DNA of 64,000 nt, from positions 768,001-832,000 of the forward strand of contig CBDDCA010000006.1 in assembly GCA_965226055.1 (NCBI GenBank), written 5' to 3'. A program made the translations under genes and the position numbers. This document shows positions 50,155 to 60,215 of this stretch, in pieces. Origin of the DNA: Spirochaetia bacterium. Lineage in GTDB: Bacteria > Spirochaetota > Spirochaetia > WTKD01 > G963693115. The notes under the pieces were generated by a model. That model was not told where the DNA came from. It saw nothing but the letters and a program-made list of their open reading frames with translations, and did no database searches. Within the stretch, counting starts at the first letter, position 1, and each line of letters starts with the position of its first letter.

Positions 50155-53100
50155 ATGAAAAAAAGTAATGAAAAACTAAACCATCAGCTAAATGGTAAGC
50201 TGAACATATTTATAGTTGTTGCACTATTTTTAGTGCTAGCAATGACTACCCTCGTACTCGTAGGATGTGCAGAGAGTAGCAGTAGTTCCTCAGGCGGAGG
50301 GGGAAAACAGGTAACACCGACACTTGCATCAGTGTCCAATGTGCAGATACAAGCAGCAGGCAATGATGGGACACTCTCGTTACGCTGGGAAGCTCCCAGT
50401 GATGCTACGCATGTAGTCGTAAAAGCTACATCAACAACGCCAGCACAATCAATAGAAGTGCGTGTTCCTGCAATAGAATATCGTACATTGTTTCAACAAA
50501 ACAGACCTTATGTACTCAGAGGCTTACATGCCACTACCGATTATACTGTAGAGATAGAAGCCCAGAAGTCAAACTCAGGCTCAGATACAGAAGTATCACC
50601 AAAAACAACCCGCTCTGTGACAACATTGACAGATACAACGAAACCTCAAGATACCTTCAACAAGGTAGCAGTAGAATCAGCAACAAATGGCATAAAGATA
50701 ACATGGGACAAAGCACTGCTCTCGTCAGGCAAAACAGACATAGCAGAAGCCATAGTACAGGTGATAGAAAGCACCACTAATGTAAAAAAAGAAGTAACAG
50801 TACAAGATGTAACACAAGGAGAAGTAACTATTGCAGTGCCCACCATAGACGGCATAGCCTATGATGTAACAGTAGTGTACAAAGATAGCAATGGCAACGA
50901 AAGCACGGCAAAGCAAGCGCTCAGAGGCATAGTGCCATCAGCACTCTCACAGACAGTAACGCCACTTTCTGCATCAGACCTTACAGTAACAGCAAACGAT
51001 AAAAGCAATAGCCCAGCCGATGAAAGCCTGCTTATTACGTGGGGAAACTTTACCTTTACAGATAAAAATCTCCAAGTACGAGTGATAGCAACAGCAACAA
51101 ATACTCTCATAGCATACGAAACAGTGAGCAATAGCAGTACAGCCAAACTCAGTTCTGCAAGTGCAGACAACCAGGAGTACGCCACTGTATATGTAGCAAA
51201 GGACGGTATAGCACTCACAAAACTTTACGGCACGCTTACTTACAAAGTAGAAGTGTATGTCTCTAAAAATGGAAAGTACTCCACTGCAGTGTCAAAAGAA
51301 CAAGCAACAACAGACAAAAGCACAGAGCCTGTAAGCAATGTGAGTGCAGTAGGAGGAGCAGATAGCATAGTAGTAGGCTGGCAAGCCCCCGATGTAAGAG
51401 ACTATGCAGGAGTGACTATAACAGTAACGGAAAAAGACAGCACAACAACAACAGCAAAGACAGTAACAATAACAGAGAGAACACTAAGAAACACGCAGAT
51501 AACAGACCTCAAAGCCACTACCGAGTACAGCATAGCAGTACAGTCACAAGATTCCACAGGCAACAAAGGAACAAAAATAACAGCAACCACCACCACAGTA
51601 GATGATGGCACCGCCCCCGATGCAGTAACAAGCATACAAGCAAGCTATCCCTTTGTATCACCCACAAAGATAGGCACACAGATAACATGGACAGCCCCCG
51701 ATACAACAAAAGCAAAGAACAAAGACATAAAAGAGTACAGCATAAGCATAGCAGAAAAAGGCACAAGCACCACAGTACTAAGCGAGAAGAAAATACCCTA
51801 TCCCACAACATCACTCTCTGTAGAAGAACTTGTGCAAGGAAAAACATACACCATAACAATACAAGCAATAGATTACTCAGGAAACAAAAGCACACAAGCA
51901 ACAAAAGACATAACTACTCCGCAACCCACAGCTCCGTCAGAAGATCTTTTTCAAAACAAGCCTAGCTTAGACACAACAGGAGCAGTGCAGATCAAAGCAA
52001 CATTTAAGCAAGCTCCAGGCATAGGACGATACTATACCTTGCGTATGTACGATGGAGCTACACTGGTAGCAGAAAAAAGCATAACAGGAAGTGTAACAGC
52101 CATTACTTTTGGGATAGCAGATGGCGTAGAAGTACCTAAGGTACAAGCAAATGCCAAGAATTATCGCTTTACTTTTTTGACAATAGCAAATAACATAGTA
52201 AGTCCTGTAACTACTCTTGCCGATACTGTGGCAGTATATGATAGTACCTCGACAGCACCGCCCGCTCCCAAAGATGCAAAGCTCTCCGTAGAGTCAGTAA
52301 CACAAGTAACAGCAACAGCAGTCTATACATTTAGTGCAGGAGATATTACTGATACTAACAAAGCACCCAGTGGAAGCAAACTTACACAGGCACAAATACA
52401 GTACAAAGTATACATAGCAGAGGGAGATCACAGCACAAAAACACTAGAGGCAATAAAAGGCCTTGCAGGAGTACAAACACAGAATATAGCAGGAGACAGT
52501 ACCTTACAAGTAAGATTTATAGGAACGAAAGGAGCAGACTATACTGCAGGAGTAGAAGCAATAAACAGCCTCAATCCCTCGTATAGTACAGGAGCATCAG
52601 TAACAATAAAGAAAGCAACTCTTACTGCACCACCAAGCACACCAAAAGTAACAACCTACACTAACAGTAATGCAGTGGTATTTGCAGTGCCTACAACAGG
52701 AAGCAATAGAGGGAAAAAAGTCATAACAGTACAAGTAAATGCCTCAGACATAGCAGGAGTGAGCAAGGCAAATGGCAATGCCCTTGAAGCGACAGACCTT
52801 GCGTACTATGTGCTATACCTCAAGAAAGAAGATACCACAGGAAAGCCTGCCAGTGTATCGGCACTATGGGCAACAGAGAAAAGCAGTGTAAAGGTAGCAA
52901 AGTACACAAAAGCAACAGGAACAACTCAAGACACAATATCCATAGCAATAGTAGACAGCACCAGTGGAAGCAATGCAGGAGCAACGCCCATAGAAACAGC
53001 AAAAGATTACTACATAGGAGTGAGGATAGTAAACACGACATCTCCCAATTACGATGCATCCAATAGTAGCAAGCTCTTTCCTGCAGGCTTTTACACCGAT

Positions 53101-55194
53101 GTAACAGAAATAAAAGAAGTGTATACTTCCAAAGCAGTAGCACCCAGCCAGTCATTACTCACAGGAAAGCTGGTAGTATCACAGTCAACAAATACTACAG
53201 GCACAATAAAGCTAGTACTTACCGAGCTAAGCACATTTACAGGAGCGAAAGACTACGATGGCACAAGCATAACAGCAAGCAATCAGCTAGCATACACAGT
53301 GTATGGCTTACAGAAAGACACTGACCCTACAGTAGCAGAAGTACTTGCAGGCAGAAAGATAAACCTAGGCAGTGCAAGTAGCGGAGTGTACACAGTACAG
53401 TCCCTTAGCAGTTTAGGCTTATCATCAGACACAGCACCAGTAGTAGCAATAAAAGGAGCAACAAAGTATTACTTTGTGGTAGAAGTAGCAGTAAAAACAG
53501 ACCCAAGCAAGAAAATAGCATCTTCAACAGTGGCAAGCGTAACAACCGCATCGCAGGCGACTGCCCCCGCAGAAGTAAGCAACATACAAGTAGGGGGAGT
53601 AACAGGAGGAAGCGCAAGGCTATCGTGGACAGCCCCCAGCCTCAGTGCAAGCCACAAAACAAATAAAGGAGCTACCCTAACAGCCGCACAAGTATCGTAC
53701 AAAGTATACAAAGTAGCCAAAAGTGGCAGTACAACGAGGACAGTAGCACAAATAAAAACAGCAGCAGGAAGTTCCACAACAGTAGCAGCAGGCACAACCA
53801 ACAGCACTCTGACAGGATTGACAGTAGGCACAACTTACGAAATAGTAGTGCAAGCAGTAAACAGCACCGATACCAACAAAGAAGCAACAGGACTACGCAA
53901 GGAGTTTGAAGCAAAAGAAGCCTATGCCGCACCAGGAAAGCCCACCATACAAGCAAATGCACAAGGGGTAACCATAGTACTTACCATAACAGCCCCAACC
54001 GTAAAAGGAACAACAGCAGACGGAACTGATTTAAGAGATAATCAAATAGATTACATAGTATACTATGCAGCCTCAACAAAAGACATAGATGGAGCAACAG
54101 TAAAAACACAGGCAAAAGCAGCAAGCGATGCACAAGAAGGAGCAGAAAAAGACGATGTGCCAACAGGAGCAACAAGCTATACAATACGCAATCTACGATT
54201 GAATACAAAGTACTATATCACCGCAGTAGCAGTAAACAGCCTCAAAAAGACAAAGGTATCAGCAGAAGCAACAGCAGTATCTGCAAGTACGCCAGCAGTA
54301 GCGATAGGAAACGCCACAAAGGTATCAGCAACAGTAGGCACAGCACTCGCACAAAATACAACGAGAGTACTTACCAGTATCAGTCCTAGTGGACTTACCT
54401 TTACCTGTGATGAAAGCACAATAGATAACGATAACAGCACACTCAAAGAAGAAACAGGCCTAACAGTAACATTTGCAAAAAATACCAATACAGTAACAAT
54501 AACAGGTACAGCAAATAAATCAAACATACATGATACTGCTATAACTGAGTATAACTATGGAGTAGTGGAATGTACCATTACTTCTGCGGGAGCATACTCG
54601 GGACAAAAGGCACTTGCGACTATCAATGTAGAGACAGGGCTGGTGAAACTAGCAGGACAGTCAGCTACCTATTACAGACCAACAACAAAATCAGCACTAC
54701 AAACTATTATCAGTGAAGAAAAGACAAGGCAAGGTTCAGGAGGAAACAGTAACCCTAGTCCCAATCTCAACATGATAGACACCAGTGCTATTACTGATAT
54801 GAGTAGTTTATTTAGTAAAGATAGAACTTTTAATGGAGACATAACACGGTGGAATACCAGTAATGTAACGAATATGTTTGATATGTTTTTGCGAGCAGTT
54901 GTATTTAATCAAGGTATAGGAGATTGGGATGTGAGTGAGGTTACTAATATGAGTAATATGTTTGCTGGAGCTGAAAAGTTTAATCAAAATATAACTGGAT
55001 GGGATGTTGGAAAGGTTACTAGTGCATCAACTATGTTTACCGTTGCTTCTGCATTTAATCAAGATTTATCATCGTGGAAAATGTGTAGTTTCAAACCACC
55101 TGCTGGTGGTAACGGTATTTTTTTAGGTACACTTATAAACGGAGTTTTAAAAAAATATCCAAAATTTAAGGGATCTCCACAGTGTAGCTCATAA
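50155..55194 (+). CDS. Large surface lipoprotein: multiple fibronectin type III-like domains plus C-terminal DUF285/BspA-like repeats
   Basis: Lipobox LVG-C and S/G tether. Repeated W(E/Q/T)AP...L...T.Y.(V/I).(V/I).A FN3 motifs. C-terminal IDTSAITDMSSLF, WNTSNVTNMFDMF, WDVSEVTNMSNMF, WDVGKVT repeats. SD AAGGAG. Confidence 0.85.
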   Translation: MKKSNEKLNHQLNGKLNIFIVVALFLVLAMTTLVLVGCAESSSSSSGGGGKQVTPTLASVSNVQIQAAGNDGTLSLRWEAPSDATHVVVKATSTTPAQSIEVRVPAIEYRTLFQQNRPYVLRGLHATTDYTVEIEAQKSNSGSDTEVSPKTTRSVTTLTDTTKPQDTFNKVAVESATNGIKITWDKALLSSGKTDIAEAIVQVIESTTNVKKEVTVQDVTQGEVTIAVPTIDGIAYDVTVVYKDSNGNESTAKQALRGIVPSALSQTVTPLSASDLTVTANDKSNSPADESLLITWGNFTFTDKNLQVRVIATATNTLIAYETVSNSSTAKLSSASADNQEYATVYVAKDGIALTKLYGTLTYKVEVYVSKNGKYSTAVSKEQATTDKSTEPVSNVSAVGGADSIVVGWQAPDVRDYAGVTITVTEKDSTTTTAKTVTITERTLRNTQITDLKATTEYSIAVQSQDSTGNKGTKITATTTTVDDGTAPDAVTSIQASYPFVSPTKIGTQITWTAPDTTKAKNKDIKEYSISIAEKGTSTTVLSEKKIPYPTTSLSVEELVQGKTYTITIQAIDYSGNKSTQATKDITTPQPTAPSEDLFQNKPSLDTTGAVQIKATFKQAPGIGRYYTLRMYDGATLVAEKSITGSVTAITFGIADGVEVPKVQANAKNYRFTFLTIANNIVSPVTTLADTVAVYDSTSTAPPAPKDAKLSVESVTQVTATAVYTFSAGDITDTNKAPSGSKLTQAQIQYKVYIAEGDHSTKTLEAIKGLAGVQTQNIAGDSTLQVRFIGTKGADYTAGVEAINSLNPSYSTGASVTIKKATLTAPPSTPKVTTYTNSNAVVFAVPTTGSNRGKKVITVQVNASDIAGVSKANGNALEATDLAYYVLYLKKEDTTGKPASVSALWATEKSSVKVAKYTKATGTTQDTISIAIVDSTSGSNAGATPIETAKDYYIGVRIVNTTSPNYDASNSSKLFPAGFYTDVTEIKEVYTSKAVAPSQSLLTGKLVVSQSTNTTGTIKLVLTELSTFTGAKDYDGTSITASNQLAYTVYGLQKDTDPTVAEVLAGRKINLGSASSGVYTVQSLSSLGLSSDTAPVVAIKGATKYYFVVEVAVKTDPSKKIASSTVASVTTASQATAPAEVSNIQVGGVTGGSARLSWTAPSLSASHKTNKGATLTAAQVSYKVYKVAKSGSTTRTVAQIKTAAGSSTTVAAGTTNSTLTGLTVGTTYEIVVQAVNSTDTNKEATGLRKEFEAKEAYAAPGKPTIQANAQGVTIVLTITAPTVKGTTADGTDLRDNQIDYIVYYAASTKDIDGATVKTQAKAASDAQEGAEKDDVPTGATSYTIRNLRLNTKYYITAVAVNSLKKTKVSAEATAVSASTPAVAIGNATKVSATVGTALAQNTTRVLTSISPSGLTFTCDESTIDNDNSTLKEETGLTVTFAKNTNTVTITGTANKSNIHDTAITEYNYGVVECTITSAGAYSGQKALATINVETGLVKLAGQSATYYRPTTKSALQTIISEEKTRQGSGGNSNPSPNLNMIDTSAITDMSSLFSKDRTFNGDITRWNTSNVTNMFDMFLRAVVFNQGIGDWDVSEVTNMSNMFAGAEKFNQNITGWDVGKVTSASTMFTVASAFNQDLSSWKMCSFKPPAGGNGIFLGTLINGVLKKYPKFKGSPQCSS

Positions 55195-55215
55195 TAGGAG
55201 CATAAGAAATACAAC

Positions 55216-55251
55216 CTATAGCAAGAAAGGAATACTCCTTTCTTGCTATAG
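55216..55251. terminator. Perfect 16-bp inverted repeat after the lipoprotein gene (terminator or RNA-stabilising hairpin)
   Basis: CTATAGCAAGAAAGGA-atac-TCCTTTCTTGCTATAG, with no U-tract. Confidence 0.65.
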
Positions 55252-55352
55252 AAAGCACTATATTATCATGAAAGTATCTCTTTTGCAGTATACTGATTTT
55301 ATTACAAAGTACACATGAGATAGTAAAAATCCAATTCCCAACCTAGCATTAT

Positions 55353-55381
55353 TAGACAATTATCCAAATATAGAATATAAT
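55353..55381 (+). promoter_or_regulatory. Sigma-70 promoter of the GH63/ABC operon
   Basis: TAGACA, 17-nt spacer, TATAAT. Confidence 0.7.
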
Positions 55382-55398
55382 AAAATAAATAGCTTATT

Positions 55399-56694
55399 AT
55401 GTTTGATTATGCAACACTCAGATACTCTGCTCGTTCTATATTGGAATCAAATGATAGAGGAGGGTACACAGTTCCAAATAAAGATGTATATCCTTTCCAA
55501 TGGAACTGGGATTCTGTTTTTGTTGCTTTAGGATGGTTACGTATTGATGAAAAACGTGCATGGCAAGAAATTGAAACACTGTGCAAGGGGCAGTGGAAAA
55601 ATGGTATGATACCCAGTATTGTTTTTCATGAAAAATCTTCTCATTACTTTCCTGGTCCAGATGTGTGGCAGTGTAGTTCTGTTATGGGGGTTGCCACTAC
55701 TGGTATTACCCAAATTCCTGCTGTAATACCCCTCACTATTCTTATGTATCACCTTGCTAATGATAGAGAGTTAGCAGAGTCTCATATGACCAGTTTGTTT
55801 TCAAAGCTCTATGATTACCAAGCATGGTGCTATACTTACAGGAGAGATCCCATTACAAAATTGTGTAAGATATATCATGGCTGGGAAGCATTTGATAACA
55901 GTCCTATGTGGGATGAAGCACTAAAAAGAGTAAGTCCTACTCAACATGTATTTGAACGAAAAGATAACAATGTTGTTCCTAAAGAACAAAGGCCAACACA
56001 ATGGGATTACGAACGATATATTTCTATCCTTGAGCGTATGCGTAGTGTTGATTATGATTCTCGTAAGTATGACTCTATTTGTGAGATGAGTATTATAGAC
56101 GCAGGGTTTAATGCAATAGTACAAACAGGAAATACAGCATTACTCTCTCTAGTGGATAGCTATGGAAACAACACACAAAGGCAACAGCTACAACAATGGG
56201 CATTTGAAACACAGCAAGCATTTGATTTTTTGTGGGATGATGATATGGCACGATATGTAGATTATGATTGTATAACAAAAACACACATTAAAGAAGAAAT
56301 ATCAGGATCAATGCTCCCTTTACTTGCTCGGATAACAGGAAAAAATAAACAGAAATACAAACAGACAGTACAACAATGGATAGAACAAGATATGCCTTCT
56401 CTTTCTATACACAGTGCAAAATTTGAGCCAATAAGATATTGGAGAGGGCCTAGTTGGACTATTGTTAATTTTATGATATTTTGTGCTTGCAAGTTACAAA
56501 GCTGGGAAACAGAAGCAGAAGAAATAAAAAAGCGCTCTCTTGAACAGATAGCAATAGGAGATTTCTATGAGAATTTTGAACCAACTACCCGAAAAGGATA
56601 TGGAGGAAGCTGTTTTTCTTGGACTGCAGCAAGTTTCTTATTTTGGTTAGACACAGAAGCGTATGATTTTAATATATGTAAACAAATTTTTTAA
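55399..56694 (+). CDS. GH63/MGH1-like glycoside hydrolase (mannosyl/glucosylglycerate hydrolase-like)
   Basis: YTVP..VYPFQWNWDS, GMIPSIVF, WEAFDNSPMWD, YWRGPSW, FYENFEP, FSWTAA. Confidence 0.85.
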   Translation: MFDYATLRYSARSILESNDRGGYTVPNKDVYPFQWNWDSVFVALGWLRIDEKRAWQEIETLCKGQWKNGMIPSIVFHEKSSHYFPGPDVWQCSSVMGVATTGITQIPAVIPLTILMYHLANDRELAESHMTSLFSKLYDYQAWCYTYRRDPITKLCKIYHGWEAFDNSPMWDEALKRVSPTQHVFERKDNNVVPKEQRPTQWDYERYISILERMRSVDYDSRKYDSICEMSIIDAGFNAIVQTGNTALLSLVDSYGNNTQRQQLQQWAFETQQAFDFLWDDDMARYVDYDCITKTHIKEEISGSMLPLLARITGKNKQKYKQTVQQWIEQDMPSLSIHSAKFEPIRYWRGPSWTIVNFMIFCACKLQSWETEAEEIKKRSLEQIAIGDFYENFEPTTRKGYGGSCFSWTAASFLFWLDTEAYDFNICKQIF

Positions 56695-56703
56695 GGAGGT
56701 ATT

Positions 56704-58092
56704 ATGAAAAAGAATACTATTTTTTCATTACTTATGTATATTGCTGTTTCGACAGTATGTATTTTATTTCTTACTGGTGCGGGAGGAAATGAAAACGGAA
56801 GTTCTGGCAAAACTGTAATAACATTTTGGACAGATCAAACTCAAACTGAACGTATGACACAAACACGGTTACTTATGGATACCTTTGAGGCACTTAATCC
56901 CGAATACAAGGTTGAGTTAGTAGCGGTGGATGTAAATGATGTTACAACACAAATAAGCACTGCGGCAAGTTCTAATACTTTGCCTAATATTATCACCACT
57001 TCTACACAATTTTTACTTTCCATTGATGAAGAAGGGTTAATAGATACTCAGGCTACTCAAGCGGTTTTTGATATTATTGGGAAAGACGATTTTTTTGCTG
57101 GTGCAAGAAATATAAGCAAAAGTATTAAAAATGATGGAGACTTTATGGTCCCTCATCATTTTTTTGTGCAAGGAATATGGTATCGAAAAGACTGGTTTGA
57201 TGAAGCAGGACTTTCAGCACCTAATACAAAAGATGCCTTGCTTACGGCAGCAAAATATTTTTATCAGCCTGACAAAAATCAGTATGGACTCTTGATAGGC
57301 ACAAAAGCACAAGAACAGTATAACGAGCAGAATCTATTACAGATTGCCACTGCCCATAATGCGTATCTTTTTAATAAAGATGGTTCTCTTGCTATTGATT
57401 CTCCTGAAATGATAGAAGCCGTAGAATATTATAAAGAGTTATCACAATATACGCCTCCTGGTCCACAAACATGGCGTTCACGCGATTACTACCTGCAAGG
57501 AAAACTTGCAATGTTCTTCTATTCTTCTTTTATTATGGATGATCTTGCATTACAAGAAATAGCAACAAATTCTCTTACTGCAGAAAATTTTGCAGAATTA
57601 GAAGGAGCAGAGTTTGACAAAAATCTTGTGGTGAACACTGGGTTTGTGCCTTCTTTTAAGTGGGATGAAGAATCAAGCTATGCAGAAATTGGAGGGCTTT
57701 CTATTTTGAAAAATGATAATAAAGCGGCTGTTGAAGGAGCTAAAAAAGTAATACAATTTCTTTTTGAAAAAGACTCTTACATTGCGTATGTGCATATGGT
57801 TCCTGGAGGCATGCTTCCTACGCTTAAATCTATCTCTCAAGATAGCGATTTCTTTGATGATCCAAAAGGAGTATATGCTCGTTATGGGAAAGAAAAAATA
57901 CAAGATCTTATTGCAGGCATAAACTACCCAAAGTCGTTTCTTATACGAGATGGTGTGGTATATCCTCAAGCAGCAGTAGTAGCATCTAAATTGATTATCC
58001 CCGATATGCTTTACGAAGTTACAGAAGAAAATGTTCCTGTACAACAAGCTATTGCAGACGCAAAGAAAAAAATAGAAGCAACATTAGAGTAA
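56704..58092 (+). CDS. Sugar ABC transporter substrate-binding protein (YcjN-like)
   Basis: FEALNP, GIWYRKDWFDEAGL..P, YGLLI, IDSPEMIEAVEYYKEL. Resembles E. coli YcjN as I recall it. Confidence 0.88.
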   Translation: MKKNTIFSLLMYIAVSTVCILFLTGAGGNENGSSGKTVITFWTDQTQTERMTQTRLLMDTFEALNPEYKVELVAVDVNDVTTQISTAASSNTLPNIITTSTQFLLSIDEEGLIDTQATQAVFDIIGKDDFFAGARNISKSIKNDGDFMVPHHFFVQGIWYRKDWFDEAGLSAPNTKDALLTAAKYFYQPDKNQYGLLIGTKAQEQYNEQNLLQIATAHNAYLFNKDGSLAIDSPEMIEAVEYYKELSQYTPPGPQTWRSRDYYLQGKLAMFFYSSFIMDDLALQEIATNSLTAENFAELEGAEFDKNLVVNTGFVPSFKWDEESSYAEIGGLSILKNDNKAAVEGAKKVIQFLFEKDSYIAYVHMVPGGMLPTLKSISQDSDFFDDPKGVYARYGKEKIQDLIAGINYPKSFLIRDGVVYPQAAVVASKLIIPDMLYEVTEENVPVQQAIADAKKKIEATLE

Positions 58093-58106
58093 GTACTCAA
58101 TTACGG

Positions 58107-58988
58107 ATGGTAGGAATGAGAGCCTTAAATATTCAAGAAAAAAGAGAACAAGCTATTGCGTATCGCCTTCTTATTCCTACCCTTCTTATAATAGGGGGGT
58201 TGGTATTCTATCCTCTTATTTTTAATATTTTTCTGAGTTTTTTTAAGGTTAGTCTCTCAGGGAAAAGAGAATTTATAGGAATTCAAAACTATATTACTCT
58301 CTTTCAAAATAAAGATTTTTATGCTGCACTGTTTCTTACATTTCAATTTCTTTTCTTTACGGTAGTAGGCACCACTTTAGTCGGACTTGTAGTAGCATTA
58401 GTTCTTAACATTGACTTTCGCGGTAATGCATTACTACAAACGATTATTTTGCTTCCTTACTTTGCTCCAGTAATATCTGTTATTTTTGGTTGGCAGTTTA
58501 TTTTTGATCCAGTGAATGGCATATATAATCACGTAATGGTTGAAGTACTTAAACTTACAAATGAAAGAAAGAATATACTTGGTGATCCTAGTACTTCAAT
58601 GATCGTTGTGGTGATCTTTAATATATGGAAATATTACCCTATTTCTTATCTTATGATACTAGCAAAGCTCAAAAGCGTAGATAAAAATCTATACGAAGCA
58701 GCAGATATAGATGGAGCAAATAATGTTCAGAAATTTTTTGCAGTAACACTTCCCGAGCTACAGTTTACTTTGGGTACTGTTATGCTTCTTCGCTTAGTAT
58801 GGAACTTAAACAGGTTTGAAGATGTGTATTTAATTTCACCAAATACCAATATACTTTCTATATTTACCTATAAACAAGCCTTTGCAGGAATTCCTGATCA
58901 AGGACTTGCTGCTACTATATCACTTGTACAGCTTGTTATTGTTGGTATTCTTATATGGACATATGTAAAACATATATTAAAATGGTAA
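58107..58988 (+). CDS. Sugar ABC transporter permease (YcjO/MalF-like)
   Basis: EAA motif LYEAADIDGA, multiple TM segments. Confidence 0.92.
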   Translation: MVGMRALNIQEKREQAIAYRLLIPTLLIIGGLVFYPLIFNIFLSFFKVSLSGKREFIGIQNYITLFQNKDFYAALFLTFQFLFFTVVGTTLVGLVVALVLNIDFRGNALLQTIILLPYFAPVISVIFGWQFIFDPVNGIYNHVMVEVLKLTNERKNILGDPSTSMIVVVIFNIWKYYPISYLMILAKLKSVDKNLYEAADIDGANNVQKFFAVTLPELQFTLGTVMLLRLVWNLNRFEDVYLISPNTNILSIFTYKQAFAGIPDQGLAATISLVQLVIVGILIWTYVKHILKW

Positions 58989-59007
58989 TAGGAAAAAGAG
59001 GAGTATT

Positions 59008-59970
59008 ATGAAAAAAAGATCAGCAACACAGAATATACTATTATTTTTCTTTTGTATGTTTCTTATATTTTTTGCTTGTTTTCCTTTTTTGCAAATTGTT
59101 TCTGTTTCTTTTAAGACTCCATTAGAGTGGGGAAATCCAAATCTCATTCCTCGAGTTATAAGTGTAGATGCATATAAAGAGTTATTAGGACTTTCAAAAA
59201 CTATTGCAGAAATTGAAAGTTTACCTCCTAATGTACAAAAAATACTTAACAATCCTAAGCTAAGCAATGAACAGCGTCAGGCAATTATTGATAAATATAA
59301 TAAAGGGAGTGGTTTTCCTTTTCTAAAATTTATGTTTAACTCTTTTGCTCTCGCTATGCTTGCGTCATGTATTTCTCTCATAGTAAGTATTCTTGGTTCT
59401 TATGCTATCAGTAGGTTGCGTTTTAGAGGAAAAGCACTTATGCAAAGAAGTGTACTGTTTGTGTATCTGCTTGGGGGTATAGTCATAATGGTGCCTCTCT
59501 ATCAGATGGCAAATGGACTTTCTCTTACTAGTACAAACTGGGGACTCATTACTTCTTTATTGCTTATTTATGTACTACAAACATTACCTCTTGCTTTGTA
59601 TATGCTAGGAAATTATATAAGAGGGTTGCCTGTCTCCCTTGATGAAGCAGCAAAAATAGATGGGTGTGGGCATATGAGAATTATTTTTAATATCATTGTT
59701 CCTCTTTCTCGCCCTATTATTGCAACAGTATTTATTTATTGTTTTATTATTGCATGGAATGAATATTTGTATGCATCAGTATTCTTAAAAGCAAATCCCG
59801 AATTATACACTATCCCTATAGGAATTCAGACTCTCTTTGTTTCTAAAAATGCAATATGGGCAAGAATAATGGCAGCTTCCACACTTACTCTTACTCCAAT
59901 ACTGCTATTCTTTATTATTTTAGTACGCAATGTTCGTTCTGGTATGGTTGCAGGTGGCGTAAAAGAATAA
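59008..59970 (+). CDS. Sugar ABC transporter permease (YcjP/MalG-like)
   Basis: LDEAAKIDGC, AWNEYLYA, C-terminal GGVKE. Confidence 0.92.
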   Translation: MKKRSATQNILLFFFCMFLIFFACFPFLQIVSVSFKTPLEWGNPNLIPRVISVDAYKELLGLSKTIAEIESLPPNVQKILNNPKLSNEQRQAIIDKYNKGSGFPFLKFMFNSFALAMLASCISLIVSILGSYAISRLRFRGKALMQRSVLFVYLLGGIVIMVPLYQMANGLSLTSTNWGLITSLLLIYVLQTLPLALYMLGNYIRGLPVSLDEAAKIDGCGHMRIIFNIIVPLSRPIIATVFIYCFIIAWNEYLYASVFLKANPELYTIPIGIQTLFVSKNAIWARIMAASTLTLTPILLFFIILVRNVRSGMVAGGVKE

Positions 59971-60156
59971 GGTATTGTAAGGACAGCTTTTTGTAGCAAG
60001 GCGTGCTTTTTCATATAAAAATTCTTTGTCACTCATAATAATATGTTTCATATATCATTATAAAGTGATATTCTCAGATTTTCATTACAAATGCTTTGGT
60101 TGCACCATATGGAAATTCAAATTAAATCGGAAATATGAGAAAAATTAACTTTTTTT

Positions 60157-60186
60157 TTGACTTTAAATAATAAAGTATACTATAAT
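60157..60186 (+). promoter_or_regulatory. Sigma-70 promoter of the liv operon
   Basis: TTGACT, 18-nt spacer, TATAAT. SD GGAGG before ATG 60216. Confidence 0.7.
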
Positions 60187-60215
60187 AAAACTAAATTATT
60201 TACTATGGAGGTAGT

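Noticed and set aside
54780-55194. C-terminal DUF285 region as the variable region of a diversity-generating retroelement
   Set aside because: No template repeat or reverse transcriptase is visible in the window. It cannot be excluded genome-wide but is unsupported here.
59971-60215. T-box, riboswitch or attenuator upstream of the liv operon
   Set aside because: The promoter is only about 30 nt from the livK start, leaving no room for a structured leader, and no T-box consensus was seen.
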